The translations under genes were made by a program, and so were the position numbers. Source: a virus (Duplodnaviria > Heunggongvirae > Uroviricota > Caudoviricetes). Taken from it: 64,000 nt of DNA. Positions 6,676-15,459 of this stretch are shown here, piece after piece. The stretch lies in IMG/VR virus record IMGVR_UViG_3300042892_003674, one strand, 5' to 3'. Numbering within the stretch: position 1 is the first letter of the stretch; each line of letters opens with the position of its first letter. The notes under the pieces were generated by a model. The model worked only from the letters and a program-made list of their open reading frames with translations, was not told where the DNA came from and made no database searches.

Positions 6676-6912
6676 TTATTTTAATTTATTTTTAATTTTA
6701 GTTGTAATCTTCTCTAAACTTGATTTAGAATTTGTTTTTTGTTTTGGAAATCTGCCATGATTTCCCATACTATCATAGTCAGCACATTCATATGCTGAAG
6801 GTGATGGTAGTCCACTATAGTGACAAAATTCATCCTCACTAAGTATTTCCTCTTTTTTATCTTCTTGTTTCATATTTAAAACTTCTTCTTTATTTATATT
6901 ACAAAGATACAA
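6676..6912 (-). CDS. Hypothetical small protein.
   Basis: 78-aa ORF in a co-oriented gene block. Confidence 0.5.
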   Translation of the reverse strand: MYLCNINKEEVLNMKQEDKKEEILSEDEFCHYSGLPSPSAYECADYDSMGNHGRFPKQKTNSKSSLEKITTKIKNKLK

Positions 6913-6920
6913 CTATATTT

Positions 6921-7199
6921 TTATAAACCAAGAATTTCTTCAAGTTTTCTATCTCTATACTCTTCTAAAGTTATAAAATCCCTAGCATAATACTGACCAA
7001 GTTTGTTTTTTCTTTCATCATAAACATCATATATAGGACAAATACCATAGTCACCTAAAAGTTTGACTTCGGTATATACACCATAATAAGTTTCATTCAC
7101 AACTAATTCTTTGTTTCTTGTATAGGAAATGTCTGGCTCTGCTATACAAAATATTTTTAAAATCATATTAAAGTCTTTTAATGTCAGGTAAAGTTTCAC
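6921..7199 (-). CDS. Hypothetical small protein.
   Basis: 92-aa ORF. Confidence 0.5.
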   Translation of the reverse strand: MKLYLTLKDFNMILKIFCIAEPDISYTRNKELVVNETYYGVYTEVKLLGDYGICPIYDVYDERKNKLGQYYARDFITLEEYRDRKLEEILGL

Positions 7200-7434
7200 T
7201 TGAATTAAGCATGTTACGAATAACTACTTTTTTTAACGGTGTTAGTTTTTTGTTTTTTAAAGCCTCTTCCACAATAAGGTGGTATGATAAACCCGATATA
7301 CTGTGACTTTTAAAGTTAGTTGACTCTTTTTTAACGAGTTCATCATAATTTGCACTTGGCATAGATTCTTTAAATAATTGACGATGTATATCGAGAATTA
7401 TCTTTTCCTCTTTACTAATTTTGGTCATTTCCAT
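7168..7434 (-). CDS. Hypothetical small protein.
   Basis: 88-aa ORF; its 3' end overlaps the next ORF by 32 nt. Confidence 0.45.
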   Translation of the reverse strand: MEMTKISKEEKIILDIHRQLFKESMPSANYDELVKKESTNFKSHSISGLSYHLIVEEALKNKKLTPLKKVVIRNMLNSSETLPDIKRL

Positions 7435-7481
7435 AATTGTATTTTGTGTTTTTTATATATAAAAGAAAAAAACTGTTAAAA

Positions 7482-7685
7482 ATGCCCGCCCGCTCAAAAC
7501 AGCAATTAAAGTACATTTTTGCGATGCGTCGTAAATATAAAAACAAAAAAAGTGCTCCTAAACATATGAAGTGGGTATTTAACAAAGATTGGACCCACGA
7601 TGTCAATGTAAGTGGGTTACCAACCAAAGTTAAAAGCTTTCAAACTTATGTAAGTGAGAACTACGATGCTACTACTAAAAAGTAG
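7482..7685 (+). CDS. Candidate small Lys/Arg-rich basic protein, possibly nucleic-acid binding.
   Basis: 67 aa from ATG 7482: MPARSKQQLKYIFAMRRKYKNKKSAPKHMKW... It begins with an unusually GC-rich stretch, gcccgcccgc. It sits in an otherwise non-coding gap. The competing antisense ORF 7415..7627 is hydrophobic junk. Confidence 0.3.
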   Translation: MPARSKQQLKYIFAMRRKYKNKKSAPKHMKWVFNKDWTHDVNVSGLPTKVKSFQTYVSENYDATTKK

Positions 7686-8914
7686 TTTTTCTTACCTCTC
7701 TGAACTATAATAAATTTGTTATTTATTAAATCACCATCAGTTACGATGTATATTTCTTCTCTTTTTATTTTATTTACTGCAACAGAGTTTTCTTTTAAAG
7801 CTCGTCTTGCTTCATTATTAGATTTTAAGAAGCCAGTTTTAAATAGAATGTCGGTCATTGATATACCATTCACAATCTCTTCCATTGGAACATTTGCCAT
7901 TGGTAATCCACTAAATATATCTAAAATAGTTTCATTATCAAGTGAATTTAAGTTACCATTGTTAAATAGAATGTTTGAAGCTTCTACTGCTTTGTTAAAC
8001 TCTTCTTCACCATGTACCATTATAGTCAATTCTTTGGCTAATGTTTTTTGTAATAAAAACAAATGTCTAGCTTTATTGTGTTCTTCTATTAAACCATCAA
8101 TAGTTTCTTTATCTAAAAATGTAAAGATTTTAATAAATCTTTCTGCATCTGCATCATCTGTGTTTAACCAAAATTGGAAAAACTTGTAAACAGATGTTTT
8201 ATCTTTATCTAACCATATATTCCCACCTTCTGACTTACCAAATTTTGTACCATCTGCTTTTGTTAAAAGTGGACAAGTCATAGCAAATGCTTCTCTACCT
8301 GGGAACATCTTGTGTATCAATTCTGTACCTGTTGTTATGTTACCCCATTGATCAGAACCACCCATTTGTAATAAACAGTTATGTTCTTTATTAAGGTGTA
8401 AGAAATCGTATCCTTGAATCAACTGGTATGTAAATTCAGTGAAAGACATACCTTCACCTTCGATACGGTTTTTTACAGATTGTTTTGATAACATGTAATT
8501 TACGGTAATTCTTTTACCGATGTCTCTTACAAAGTCTATGAAACTAAACTTTGACATCCAATCGTAGTTGTTTAGAACTGGTGTATCACCTAAAAATCTT
8601 GTTAAAGTATTTCTGATACCTTCGACGTTTTTATTAAGTGTTTCTTCATCTAAAAGATTTCTTTCAGATGATTTCCCAGATGGGTCACCGATCATACCAG
8701 TAGCACCACCGACAACTGCGATTGGATTATGTCCAAAGTTCTTCATATGTTTTAAAAGAATGATTGGAACTAAACTACCAATATGTAGAGAATCTGACGT
8801 TGGATCAAATCCAATATAAGCGGTGGTGGCTTCTTTTAAAAGTTGAGCCTCCGTTCCGGGTATAATATCATGTACTAACCCACGCCATTTTAATTCTTCT
8901 ACTATATTTTTCAT
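7661..8914 (-). CDS. tyrS: Tyrosyl-tRNA synthetase, bacterial type.
   Basis: GFDPTSDSLHIGSLVPI (HIGH-type motif), KFGKS (KMSKS), C-terminal S4-like domain, 417 aa. Confidence 0.9.
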   Translation of the reverse strand: MKNIVEELKWRGLVHDIIPGTEAQLLKEATTAYIGFDPTSDSLHIGSLVPIILLKHMKNFGHNPIAVVGGATGMIGDPSGKSSERNLLDEETLNKNVEGIRNTLTRFLGDTPVLNNYDWMSKFSFIDFVRDIGKRITVNYMLSKQSVKNRIEGEGMSFTEFTYQLIQGYDFLHLNKEHNCLLQMGGSDQWGNITTGTELIHKMFPGREAFAMTCPLLTKADGTKFGKSEGGNIWLDKDKTSVYKFFQFWLNTDDADAERFIKIFTFLDKETIDGLIEEHNKARHLFLLQKTLAKELTIMVHGEEEFNKAVEASNILFNNGNLNSLDNETILDIFSGLPMANVPMEEIVNGISMTDILFKTGFLKSNNEARRALKENSVAVNKIKREEIYIVTDGDLINNKFIIVQRGKKNYFLVVAS

Positions 8915-9318
8915 TATGCTAATACTTCTTTAATAACTTCTGATACAACTTTTCTGTCCACTTGTAAAGTAGCAAACTCTTTCATAATTCCACCAACATT
9001 GGTAATCCCTGATGCTACAAGTGCACTAACTTTTACAACAACATCTTCTCTTGTCATAGCAGCTGGAAGTAAAGCTTCAACCATTTCTAATTGAGTTTTA
9101 GATTCCGTGTCACCAGAAGTTGCAATAACTTCTTTAAGAGATTTCGCAGTTTTATTAAGAATTTTAATTACTTCTGCATCAGAAAGACAATCTACTCCTG
9201 TATTTTTTTCAATAGTTTGGATCTCTCCTTTCACTACAGAAAGTAAGTTTTTTGCTACGACATTTTTCTCTTTGAAAGCAGTCATGTAGTCTTTGCTAAT
9301 TTGTTCTTTTAAATTCAT
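8914..9318 (-). CDS. GatB/YqeY domain protein.
   Basis: 134 aa with a typical YqeY architecture. Its stop overlaps the tyrS start by 1 nt. Confidence 0.75.
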   Translation of the reverse strand: MNLKEQISKDYMTAFKEKNVVAKNLLSVVKGEIQTIEKNTGVDCLSDAEVIKILNKTAKSLKEVIATSGDTESKTQLEMVEALLPAAMTREDVVVKVSALVASGITNVGGIMKEFATLQVDRKVVSEVIKEVLA

Positions 9319-9557
9319 AATATTTTGTTTTTAATAATTTCTAAAAAAATACACTTTTATTTTCATATTTTATATTTAATATCGAGGTAGTTCACTGTTT
9401 TTATTAAAAGTGTATAAGAAAACGTATTTCACAGCTAATTACTACCATAAACACTAACTATAACTATGTGACCAAAACTTATTCTCTAACAGGTCAGTTG
9501 TAGTAGCTCATTATTTATTGTACAAATATACGGTAAAGTTTCAATTTAAAAAAATAT

Positions 9558-9574
9558 ATTTTAATATATAGTTT
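9558..9574 (+). promoter_or_regulatory. Upstream motif TTTTAATATATAGTTTATG, an exact 17-mer shared with the sequence upstream of 38240(-) and 46641(+).
   Basis: Ends at the ATG of ORF 9575. Confidence 0.5.
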
Positions 9575-11248
9575 ATGAAATACTTAAAATTATATGAAGG
9601 GTTTGAATCTGATAGAGTTAGTGCAATACTTTCATTTCTAAATAAAAAGATAAAGAATGAGTATAACACTCAAGATTTTTTAAAAATATTAAAAAAACTT
9701 GCAGATAAATTTGATTTCCCTCTAAGTACTTTAAGTGATAAAGAAATACAATACTTACCAGTAAATAAAGCGTTGTCTGTTGGTAAAGGTGAAGAAGCAA
9801 TGAATCCATCTGGTACTTACTGTATTAAGTATTGGTTTTCATTGGAAAAAGGATATTTATGTAGTACTGGAACTGGAAATAAGACTATGGATTATAATAA
9901 GTATAATTCTTATGGTTCTTATAGAATGTCAAATGAAGAAGGATTAGATCAATCTCACTTAGCTTACTTAGCTAGAGAATATAAAATAGGTGGTATTATT
10001 ACTCCAGCTAGATTAGGAGATTTAACAACTGGTGATAAAGTAGTAATGGTTTGTGGTGATGATTTTAATGGAGATCCTGCTTATTTAACTTTTGGAGAAA
10101 TATATGGTGATAATAGAAGAAATGGTGATGATGTTGAATATTACTTTTATCAAAATGATCATGAGGGTACTGATCCTGGTTCAACTAGAAATAATATCGT
10201 ATTACCAGATAGATATAATCTTTATGCGGGTAATGCTGCTTATCAATATTCTTGGTCATTAGGAAGTGCAGAAGATCCATCAGATGATCATTGTATGATG
10301 CATAAAGTAATACTAGATGATAAACCTCTAAGGTTTAGAGACGAAGATTTAGATAAGATGAATAAGACAGAAGAATCTGTTTGGGATTTTAATTTACCAT
10401 TAGATGGAACAACTTTGGAAGAATGGAATGGTAGAAAGACTCAAATTTTTAATAGAGTGAGTAAGGAAGCAAATTTTGCAATTGTTCTTTTTCTTGATGA
10501 TATAATAATTAAAAATGTTGATGATACTAAATCTGATATTATGAAAAGAAGAAAGTCACTTAAAAAGGGTGCATTGGCTTTAAAGAAACCAGAAGATATT
10601 AGAAAAGAAAATGTTGAGAGGTATCTAACTACTTTATTTACAAAATTAGGAATAGAAAAAGATAAACAAGAATTTAAAAATCTCAACTCGGTTGTTCTAT
10701 CATCAATTATTGGAGATTATTTTATAATTGCTCTTTATAATAGTAGTGCTTATATTGATAGATTATCAGACTTTATTACATTTTTGTATAGACTAATGTC
10801 AGAAAGTGATAACTCATATAATTTTGAAAAAACTTATGATTTATTTAAAACTATTAAGAAAAGACGTTTAAAACAAACTACTGCTTACTTTAATGGTATT
10901 AAAACTATTAAAGATACTGATAATCAAAATGCAGAAAGGATGTCTGATATAATTGACAGAATAACTAATATAGGTCAAATTTTATCAAATTCAATTAAAA
11001 ATAGAGATATAGAAACTATTGAAGATCTTAAATCAGTACAAGTTAGATTAGCATCATTATATGAATTAGTACAAGATGATATTTTTATACTTTCTAGAAA
11101 TACTAAAAATATTCTTATAAACTTAGATGGTGATACTTCAGCATTAAAACTAATTATGAGTAGATTAAGATATAGTGAAGAAGAGTATAATAGTGATGTT
11201 AAAAGATTAGATAAACTTGAAAAAGTATTTAAAGATCTTTTAAGATAG
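9575..11248 (+). CDS. Hypothetical protein; member of the N-terminal MKYLK..F.E signature family.
   Basis: 557 aa; N-terminus MKYLKLYEGFESDR. Confidence 0.8.
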   Translation: MKYLKLYEGFESDRVSAILSFLNKKIKNEYNTQDFLKILKKLADKFDFPLSTLSDKEIQYLPVNKALSVGKGEEAMNPSGTYCIKYWFSLEKGYLCSTGTGNKTMDYNKYNSYGSYRMSNEEGLDQSHLAYLAREYKIGGIITPARLGDLTTGDKVVMVCGDDFNGDPAYLTFGEIYGDNRRNGDDVEYYFYQNDHEGTDPGSTRNNIVLPDRYNLYAGNAAYQYSWSLGSAEDPSDDHCMMHKVILDDKPLRFRDEDLDKMNKTEESVWDFNLPLDGTTLEEWNGRKTQIFNRVSKEANFAIVLFLDDIIIKNVDDTKSDIMKRRKSLKKGALALKKPEDIRKENVERYLTTLFTKLGIEKDKQEFKNLNSVVLSSIIGDYFIIALYNSSAYIDRLSDFITFLYRLMSESDNSYNFEKTYDLFKTIKKRRLKQTTAYFNGIKTIKDTDNQNAERMSDIIDRITNIGQILSNSIKNRDIETIEDLKSVQVRLASLYELVQDDIFILSRNTKNILINLDGDTSALKLIMSRLRYSEEEYNSDVKRLDKLEKVFKDLLR

Positions 11249-11593
11249 TAAATATAGATCATGTTGTCTTGCTTCTAACTCTGTCAAAAGATAAACACAT
11301 TCTCTTCTTAGATCCTTTAATTTTAAAAAGTCTGCGGTATTTTTAGTTTTATTTAATTGTGAATTAAGATTATCAATTTCAATTGTTATTAAATTCTTCA
11401 TTAAATTCATTTCCTTACTAACCTCTTCTTTTAAATCAAGTGCTAATGATTTAAAATATGGATTTGCCATGATAACACCTTTATAATTATTAGAACTAAA
11501 GTTCTTCATAAGTCTTTTGAGTGTATCAATGGCTTGTTCCTCTGTTGTTGATAGATGTAGCTTATCGAGATATTCTAATAAGGTCAATTTCAT
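11240..11593 (-). CDS. Hypothetical coiled-coil protein.
   Basis: 117 aa. Confidence 0.6.
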   Translation of the reverse strand: MKLTLLEYLDKLHLSTTEEQAIDTLKRLMKNFSSNNYKGVIMANPYFKSLALDLKEEVSKEMNLMKNLITIEIDNLNSQLNKTKNTADFLKLKDLRRECVYLLTELEARQHDLYLLS

Positions 11594-11596
11594 ACA

Positions 11597-12028
11597 TTAT
11601 ATATTTCTTTGCATCTCTCTGGTAAGGTCTCTTTCTTTGATAGTTTCACGCTTATCCCAAGTTTTCTTACCTTTAGCAACTGCTATTTTAATTTTAATTC
11701 TATTATTCTTAACAAACATACCAAGTGGAATTGCGGTTATACCTTTGTCTTCCAATTTTCGTTTAATTCGAGTAATTTCTTTTTTATTTAAAAGAAGTTT
11801 TTTATCACGATTTTCTTCGTGTTTATCTAAAGTATGTGCAGACTTATATGCAGCAACTTTTAGATTTTTTATCCAAACTTCATTATCTTTTATATAAATG
11901 AAGGCATCAACCATGGTAACATTACCCATTCTAACGGACTTTACCTCACTTCCAACCAGTATAATACCACAGTCAAATTCTTCTATAAAAGTATATTCGT
12001 AACGGGCTCTTCTATTTAATGCTATCAT
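11597..12028 (-). CDS. smpB: SsrA-binding protein SmpB.
   Basis: Strong SmpB signature, including RRARYEYTFIEEFDCGIILVGSEVKS and IAVAKGKKTWDKRETIKERD. Confidence 0.9.
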   Translation of the reverse strand: MIALNRRARYEYTFIEEFDCGIILVGSEVKSVRMGNVTMVDAFIYIKDNEVWIKNLKVAAYKSAHTLDKHEENRDKKLLLNKKEITRIKRKLEDKGITAIPLGMFVKNNRIKIKIAVAKGKKTWDKRETIKERDLTREMQRNI

Positions 12029-12587
12029 ATTTTATAGTTTTGTGAGAAGATGATTCTCTGTTCTTAATAACTTGTATTACTTTATTATCACTTTGTTGAC
12101 TTATAACCACTACCAAATCTGAATAATATAAAGGTGTCGAACCACCCATAAAAGCATCAATCATATTATTATCTCTATTTAGGCCATTAGATTGTAGTGG
12201 ACAAGTAAGTATCAGTTTAATATCATTTATATCCTTACCATTTCTACTATCTCTTAAACAATCTCTTATATCGTAGATAGTATTTTTTATTATACCTGCT
12301 CGGTTTATATCTTCATTAGTAAATTTTCTTTGTTCAATATAAGAATTTCTTATATCATTTATATCTAATAATAGGTAATCGATTTTCTCTTCTTCATTTA
12401 AAACTTGATCAATTTTCATATCTCTAAGAATTGACTTCACAGAAAAAGATGAACTTAGATCTATTTTCTTGGTTCCCCCAAGATTAGAAATAATTTCATC
12501 TTTAATTCTTTCATCTGAAAATCGATAACCAATTAAGGTTGTCTCTGTTTTACTTATTAGATCATATAAATAATCTATATTTTCCAT
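12012..12587 (-). CDS. Hypothetical protein.
   Basis: 191 aa. Confidence 0.65.
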   Translation of the reverse strand: MENIDYLYDLISKTETTLIGYRFSDERIKDEIISNLGGTKKIDLSSSFSVKSILRDMKIDQVLNEEEKIDYLLLDINDIRNSYIEQRKFTNEDINRAGIIKNTIYDIRDCLRDSRNGKDINDIKLILTCPLQSNGLNRDNNMIDAFMGGSTPLYYSDLVVVISQQSDNKVIQVIKNRESSSHKTIKYDSIK

Positions 12588-12907
12588 TAGTTTAAGTATT
12601 GCTCAACAAGTTCAGACAATTTTTCTTTAGTTGTCATACCAACACTTCTATCTACAATTTCTCCGTCTTTATAAACCAAGATTGTAGGAATGTTTCTGAT
12701 ACCTAACTCAGCAACTTTTTCACCATTTGGTGTTGCATCTAATTTACCAACTGATACTCTTCCTTGGAAATCAACTGAAAATTGATCTACAATTGGTGCA
12801 ATTTGACGACATGGTCCACACCAAGTTGCCCATATATCAACTAAAACAACTCCTTCTTGTGTAAACTCATTATAGTTACTTTCTGATAATTCTGTTATAA
12901 ATCCCAT
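12587..12907 (-). CDS. trxA: Thioredoxin.
   Basis: WCGPC active site, 106 aa. Confidence 0.9.
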   Translation of the reverse strand: MGFITELSESNYNEFTQEGVVLVDIWATWCGPCRQIAPIVDQFSVDFQGRVSVGKLDATPNGEKVAELGIRNIPTILVYKDGEIVDRSVGMTTKEKLSELVEQYLN

Positions 12908-12961
12908 AATTTTTATTTAGTTTTTATTTATATTATATTTTACTGAAAAGTTTTAAATTGG

Positions 12962-14182
12962 TTAGTGTTCACTGTCCTTTATTTTAGATAATACCGCTTG
13001 AACCCTTGTATTATGTACCTCATCAACAATTTCTTTTCTTACTGAAAGTTCATAAAGTAAAGCGGTTGTATCATCAATCTCTTGTCCTGGTTCAATAGTA
13101 TGTTTTTCTAATACTGAAAAAGCAATTGTTGGATCTTCTTTATATAGTTCCAATAATGATTTTAATATTGTAACTTGTTCAGTTAGTTTATAACCTCTTA
13201 GATTAAGAATTGTCTTTGGTAAAAACTTAATTGTTTTTGAAAGTAATTTCATATCTTCTAAATCAACACCACCATCTACATAATCTTCATTTATAAATAA
13301 AGGTCTCAATTGATTCCATATATCCACCAATTCCGGTTTCATATAAATGTTTCTTAGATAAAATAAGAAATCGTCACCTTTATGAATTGCAAGTAGATTA
13401 TTATCTAATAATACCTCTTTTTTAGTTTTTAAAGTCCATAGATTTACATCTTTGTCATATGTCGTTTTGACGTGTGTCATACAATCTAAATCTTGTTCTA
13501 TTGTAAAATAGTTTTCAAGTATCTTATGATTGTTAAACATATTAAAATATCTATCTTGAAATCTAACTTTATAAACATCTTGAAGTTGACGAGATAAGAC
13601 CCCTTGAATAATCTCTAATTCAAATAAGTCTAAATCAACTTTTAGTTCTTCTGATTTCTTTACAATTCTAATTGCCGTATGACACGGTGTTTTCAAATTA
13701 GTTATCTGTAATTTACCTTTATTTAAGAACTTCTCAAATTCTGGTGTCCAATAAAACTTATCTTCTTCAATTGAATAACCAATTGCGGTACAATTTATAT
13801 CAAATGATTTGATAATGATTTCTGGATTATGAGTATTTGATTTATAACTAACGTAGTTGAATATACCTTCTGTAGTTGATTCACAAATAGAATAATAGTT
13901 TTTGGCTCTATCAATAAATCTTAGTCCAGAATAATCATCATACCAGACATTTTCTTCATCTTCTTTAAATGAATAAAGGTATTCTCTTCTATCTTCGTTA
14001 TAGTTTTCTAAGAGTCCATCAAACAAAAAAACATCAATATCATTGATGATTGCTTTTGTTCCAGAAACCTCTTCCCAGATAAGATTTGAAATAGAACCTC
14101 CTGCAATAAATCCTCTTTTAGGTAATCCCCATTGTGATTTTATTTTATCAAGAGCTCTTTTTGCTAACTGTTCAACGTTCAT
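12962..14182 (-). CDS. Putative Pol-beta-superfamily nucleotidyltransferase. Possibilities include a CCA-adding or tRNA-repair enzyme or a cGAS/CD-NTase-like enzyme; this is unresolved.
   Basis: 406 aa; N-terminal GGS...(22 aa)...DIDVF (GS-DxD-like) motif. Confidence 0.7.
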   Translation of the reverse strand: MNVEQLAKRALDKIKSQWGLPKRGFIAGGSISNLIWEEVSGTKAIINDIDVFLFDGLLENYNEDRREYLYSFKEDEENVWYDDYSGLRFIDRAKNYYSICESTTEGIFNYVSYKSNTHNPEIIIKSFDINCTAIGYSIEEDKFYWTPEFEKFLNKGKLQITNLKTPCHTAIRIVKKSEELKVDLDLFELEIIQGVLSRQLQDVYKVRFQDRYFNMFNNHKILENYFTIEQDLDCMTHVKTTYDKDVNLWTLKTKKEVLLDNNLLAIHKGDDFLFYLRNIYMKPELVDIWNQLRPLFINEDYVDGGVDLEDMKLLSKTIKFLPKTILNLRGYKLTEQVTILKSLLELYKEDPTIAFSVLEKHTIEPGQEIDDTTALLYELSVRKEIVDEVHNTRVQAVLSKIKDSEH

Positions 14183-14322
14183 TACTTTTGTTTTTTAATA
14201 TTTAAAACTTTTGCTACGTGGTCATTTATTACTCTAACAGTAGTATCAGAAGAAGTCGGATTTACATCATTCACTTCTTCTGATTGTTCTTCTGTTGTTT
14301 TTATTTCTTTGTCTTTATTCAT
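14182..14322 (-). CDS. Micro-ORF, 46 aa and acidic, with TAATG stop/start coupling. Possible anti-sigma or regulator.
   Basis: MNKDKEIKTTEEQSEEVNDVNPTSSDTTVRVINDHVAKVLNIKKQK. Its ATG immediately follows the sigma gene stop, and its TAA overlaps the ATG of the next gene. Confidence 0.35.
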   Translation of the reverse strand: MNKDKEIKTTEEQSEEVNDVNPTSSDTTVRVINDHVAKVLNIKKQK

Positions 14323-14925
14323 TTAGTCTAAATACATTTCATCTATTTGTTCAAACTCTTTCCTAGATTGTTCCATCAAAATCTGACGACCATTTCTAAT
14401 TTGAGATTTTATTGTAGATAGATTCTTTCCTAAAGTATCTGCAATGTCTTTGTATTGCATTCTTTCTATCTCTCTCATTATAATAACTGTCTTATACGGC
14501 TCTTTTAACTCGTCGATATGTTTTTTCATTACATCTGCTTTTTGTGTGAAAACATCATAGATAGCTTCATTACTTTCAGTTTCTTGTATGAAATCTTTTA
14601 AAGTAGTTCCTTCATCATCAAACTCAATGTCTAATGATATGTTTCTATTTTCTAGTTTTTTATCTTGTAAAGATAAGTTTTTTGCGATTGTGAATAACCA
14701 CGTTGAGAATTGTGATTTTTCTTTTTGATACATTTCTATTTTTTCCAGAGCTATCATAAATGAGTCTGTCGAAATATCTTCTGCTTTTTGTACATCATTA
14801 CAAATTCTTGATGTAAAGTAGATTAGTTTTGGGTAATACTTTTGGTAAAGTGTTGCGAAGTCTTTACCTGTTCTTTCTTTAAAAATTTTCTCTTGTTCAG
14901 AGAATGGGGTTTTGCTTAATTCCAT
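14323..14925 (-). CDS. Sigma-70 family (ECF-like) RNA polymerase sigma factor.
   Basis: Region 2 (STWLFTIAKNLSLQDKK) and region 4 HTH (YKDIADTLGKNLSTIKSQIRNGRQIL), 200 aa. Confidence 0.85.
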   Translation of the reverse strand: MELSKTPFSEQEKIFKERTGKDFATLYQKYYPKLIYFTSRICNDVQKAEDISTDSFMIALEKIEMYQKEKSQFSTWLFTIAKNLSLQDKKLENRNISLDIEFDDEGTTLKDFIQETESNEAIYDVFTQKADVMKKHIDELKEPYKTVIIMREIERMQYKDIADTLGKNLSTIKSQIRNGRQILMEQSRKEFEQIDEMYLD

Positions 14926-14927
14926 AG

Positions 14928-14994
14928 ATTGCTTTTGATTTTTCTTTTTGACATGCTGTCAATTGCTTTTGATTGATTTCTTTTGATTGATTTT
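14928..14994 (-). promoter_or_regulatory. Regulatory region upstream of the sigma gene: palindrome TTGACAtgcTGTCAA flanked by nested direct repeats.
   Basis: ATTGCTTTTGATT appears twice (14928-14940 and 14962-14974), CTTTTGATTGATTTT appears twice (14966-14980 and 14980-14994), and the palindrome lies at 14948-14962. Confidence 0.45.
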
Positions 14995-15035
14995 GTGCTT
15001 GTAATTATTCTAATTGCCGTAATATTATTATATGA

Positions 15036-15053
15036 TATATATATTAAAAGTTG
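15036..15053 (-). promoter_or_regulatory. Conserved TTTTAATATATATA motif ~110 nt upstream of the sigma factor gene.
   Basis: Minus strand reads CTTTTAATATATATATCAT. Confidence 0.4.
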
Positions 15054-15457
15054 TCGGGTTCCTTGAGAATCTCTTTTATTTTTATATCTCTAATATACGA
15101 TTTACTTTCAAATAATTTTTCAATACGTTCATTCAATTCATTAGAATTAAATATAAGTTTACTAAACCTTTCTGCAGTAAATCCTTTACTTACAAGGTAT
15201 TCAAAACACATAGGTGCTAGTTCTTCTTCTGGTAGTAAATAGGATCTACCACCATGTAAGTCTAACTCATTCTCAAAAGTTCCAAACACAAGATAATAAA
15301 AATCTTCATCTTTATTGAAATCTTCCCAAAATGATACTATTTCACTATATAATGTATCTCCACAATGACCGTCGTCGTCATAATAATCACTGCCATCAAA
15401 TTCATCTAATGGTCCTAACCGACTGAGCATAAACCCTCTAATTTCTTTTAATGTCAT
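15044..15457 (-). CDS. Hypothetical acidic protein.
   Basis: 137 aa. Confidence 0.6.
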   Translation of the reverse strand: MTLKEIRGFMLSRLGPLDEFDGSDYYDDDGHCGDTLYSEIVSFWEDFNKDEDFYYLVFGTFENELDLHGGRSYLLPEEELAPMCFEYLVSKGFTAERFSKLIFNSNELNERIEKLFESKSYIRDIKIKEILKEPDNF

Positions 15458-15459
15458 AT

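Noticed and set aside
7415-7627. Minus-strand 70-aa ORF in the 7435-7660 gap.
   Set aside because: It has a TTG start and a hydrophobic low-complexity product. The overlapping plus-strand basic ORF is somewhat more plausible, and both remain uncertain.
11597-12028. A tmRNA gene near smpB.
   Set aside because: None of the fifteen tRNA-like ends has the tRNA-Ala-like acceptor plus a tag-peptide ORF. The 131-nt tRNA-like gene is too short, and its insert has no ANDENYALAA-type reading frame.
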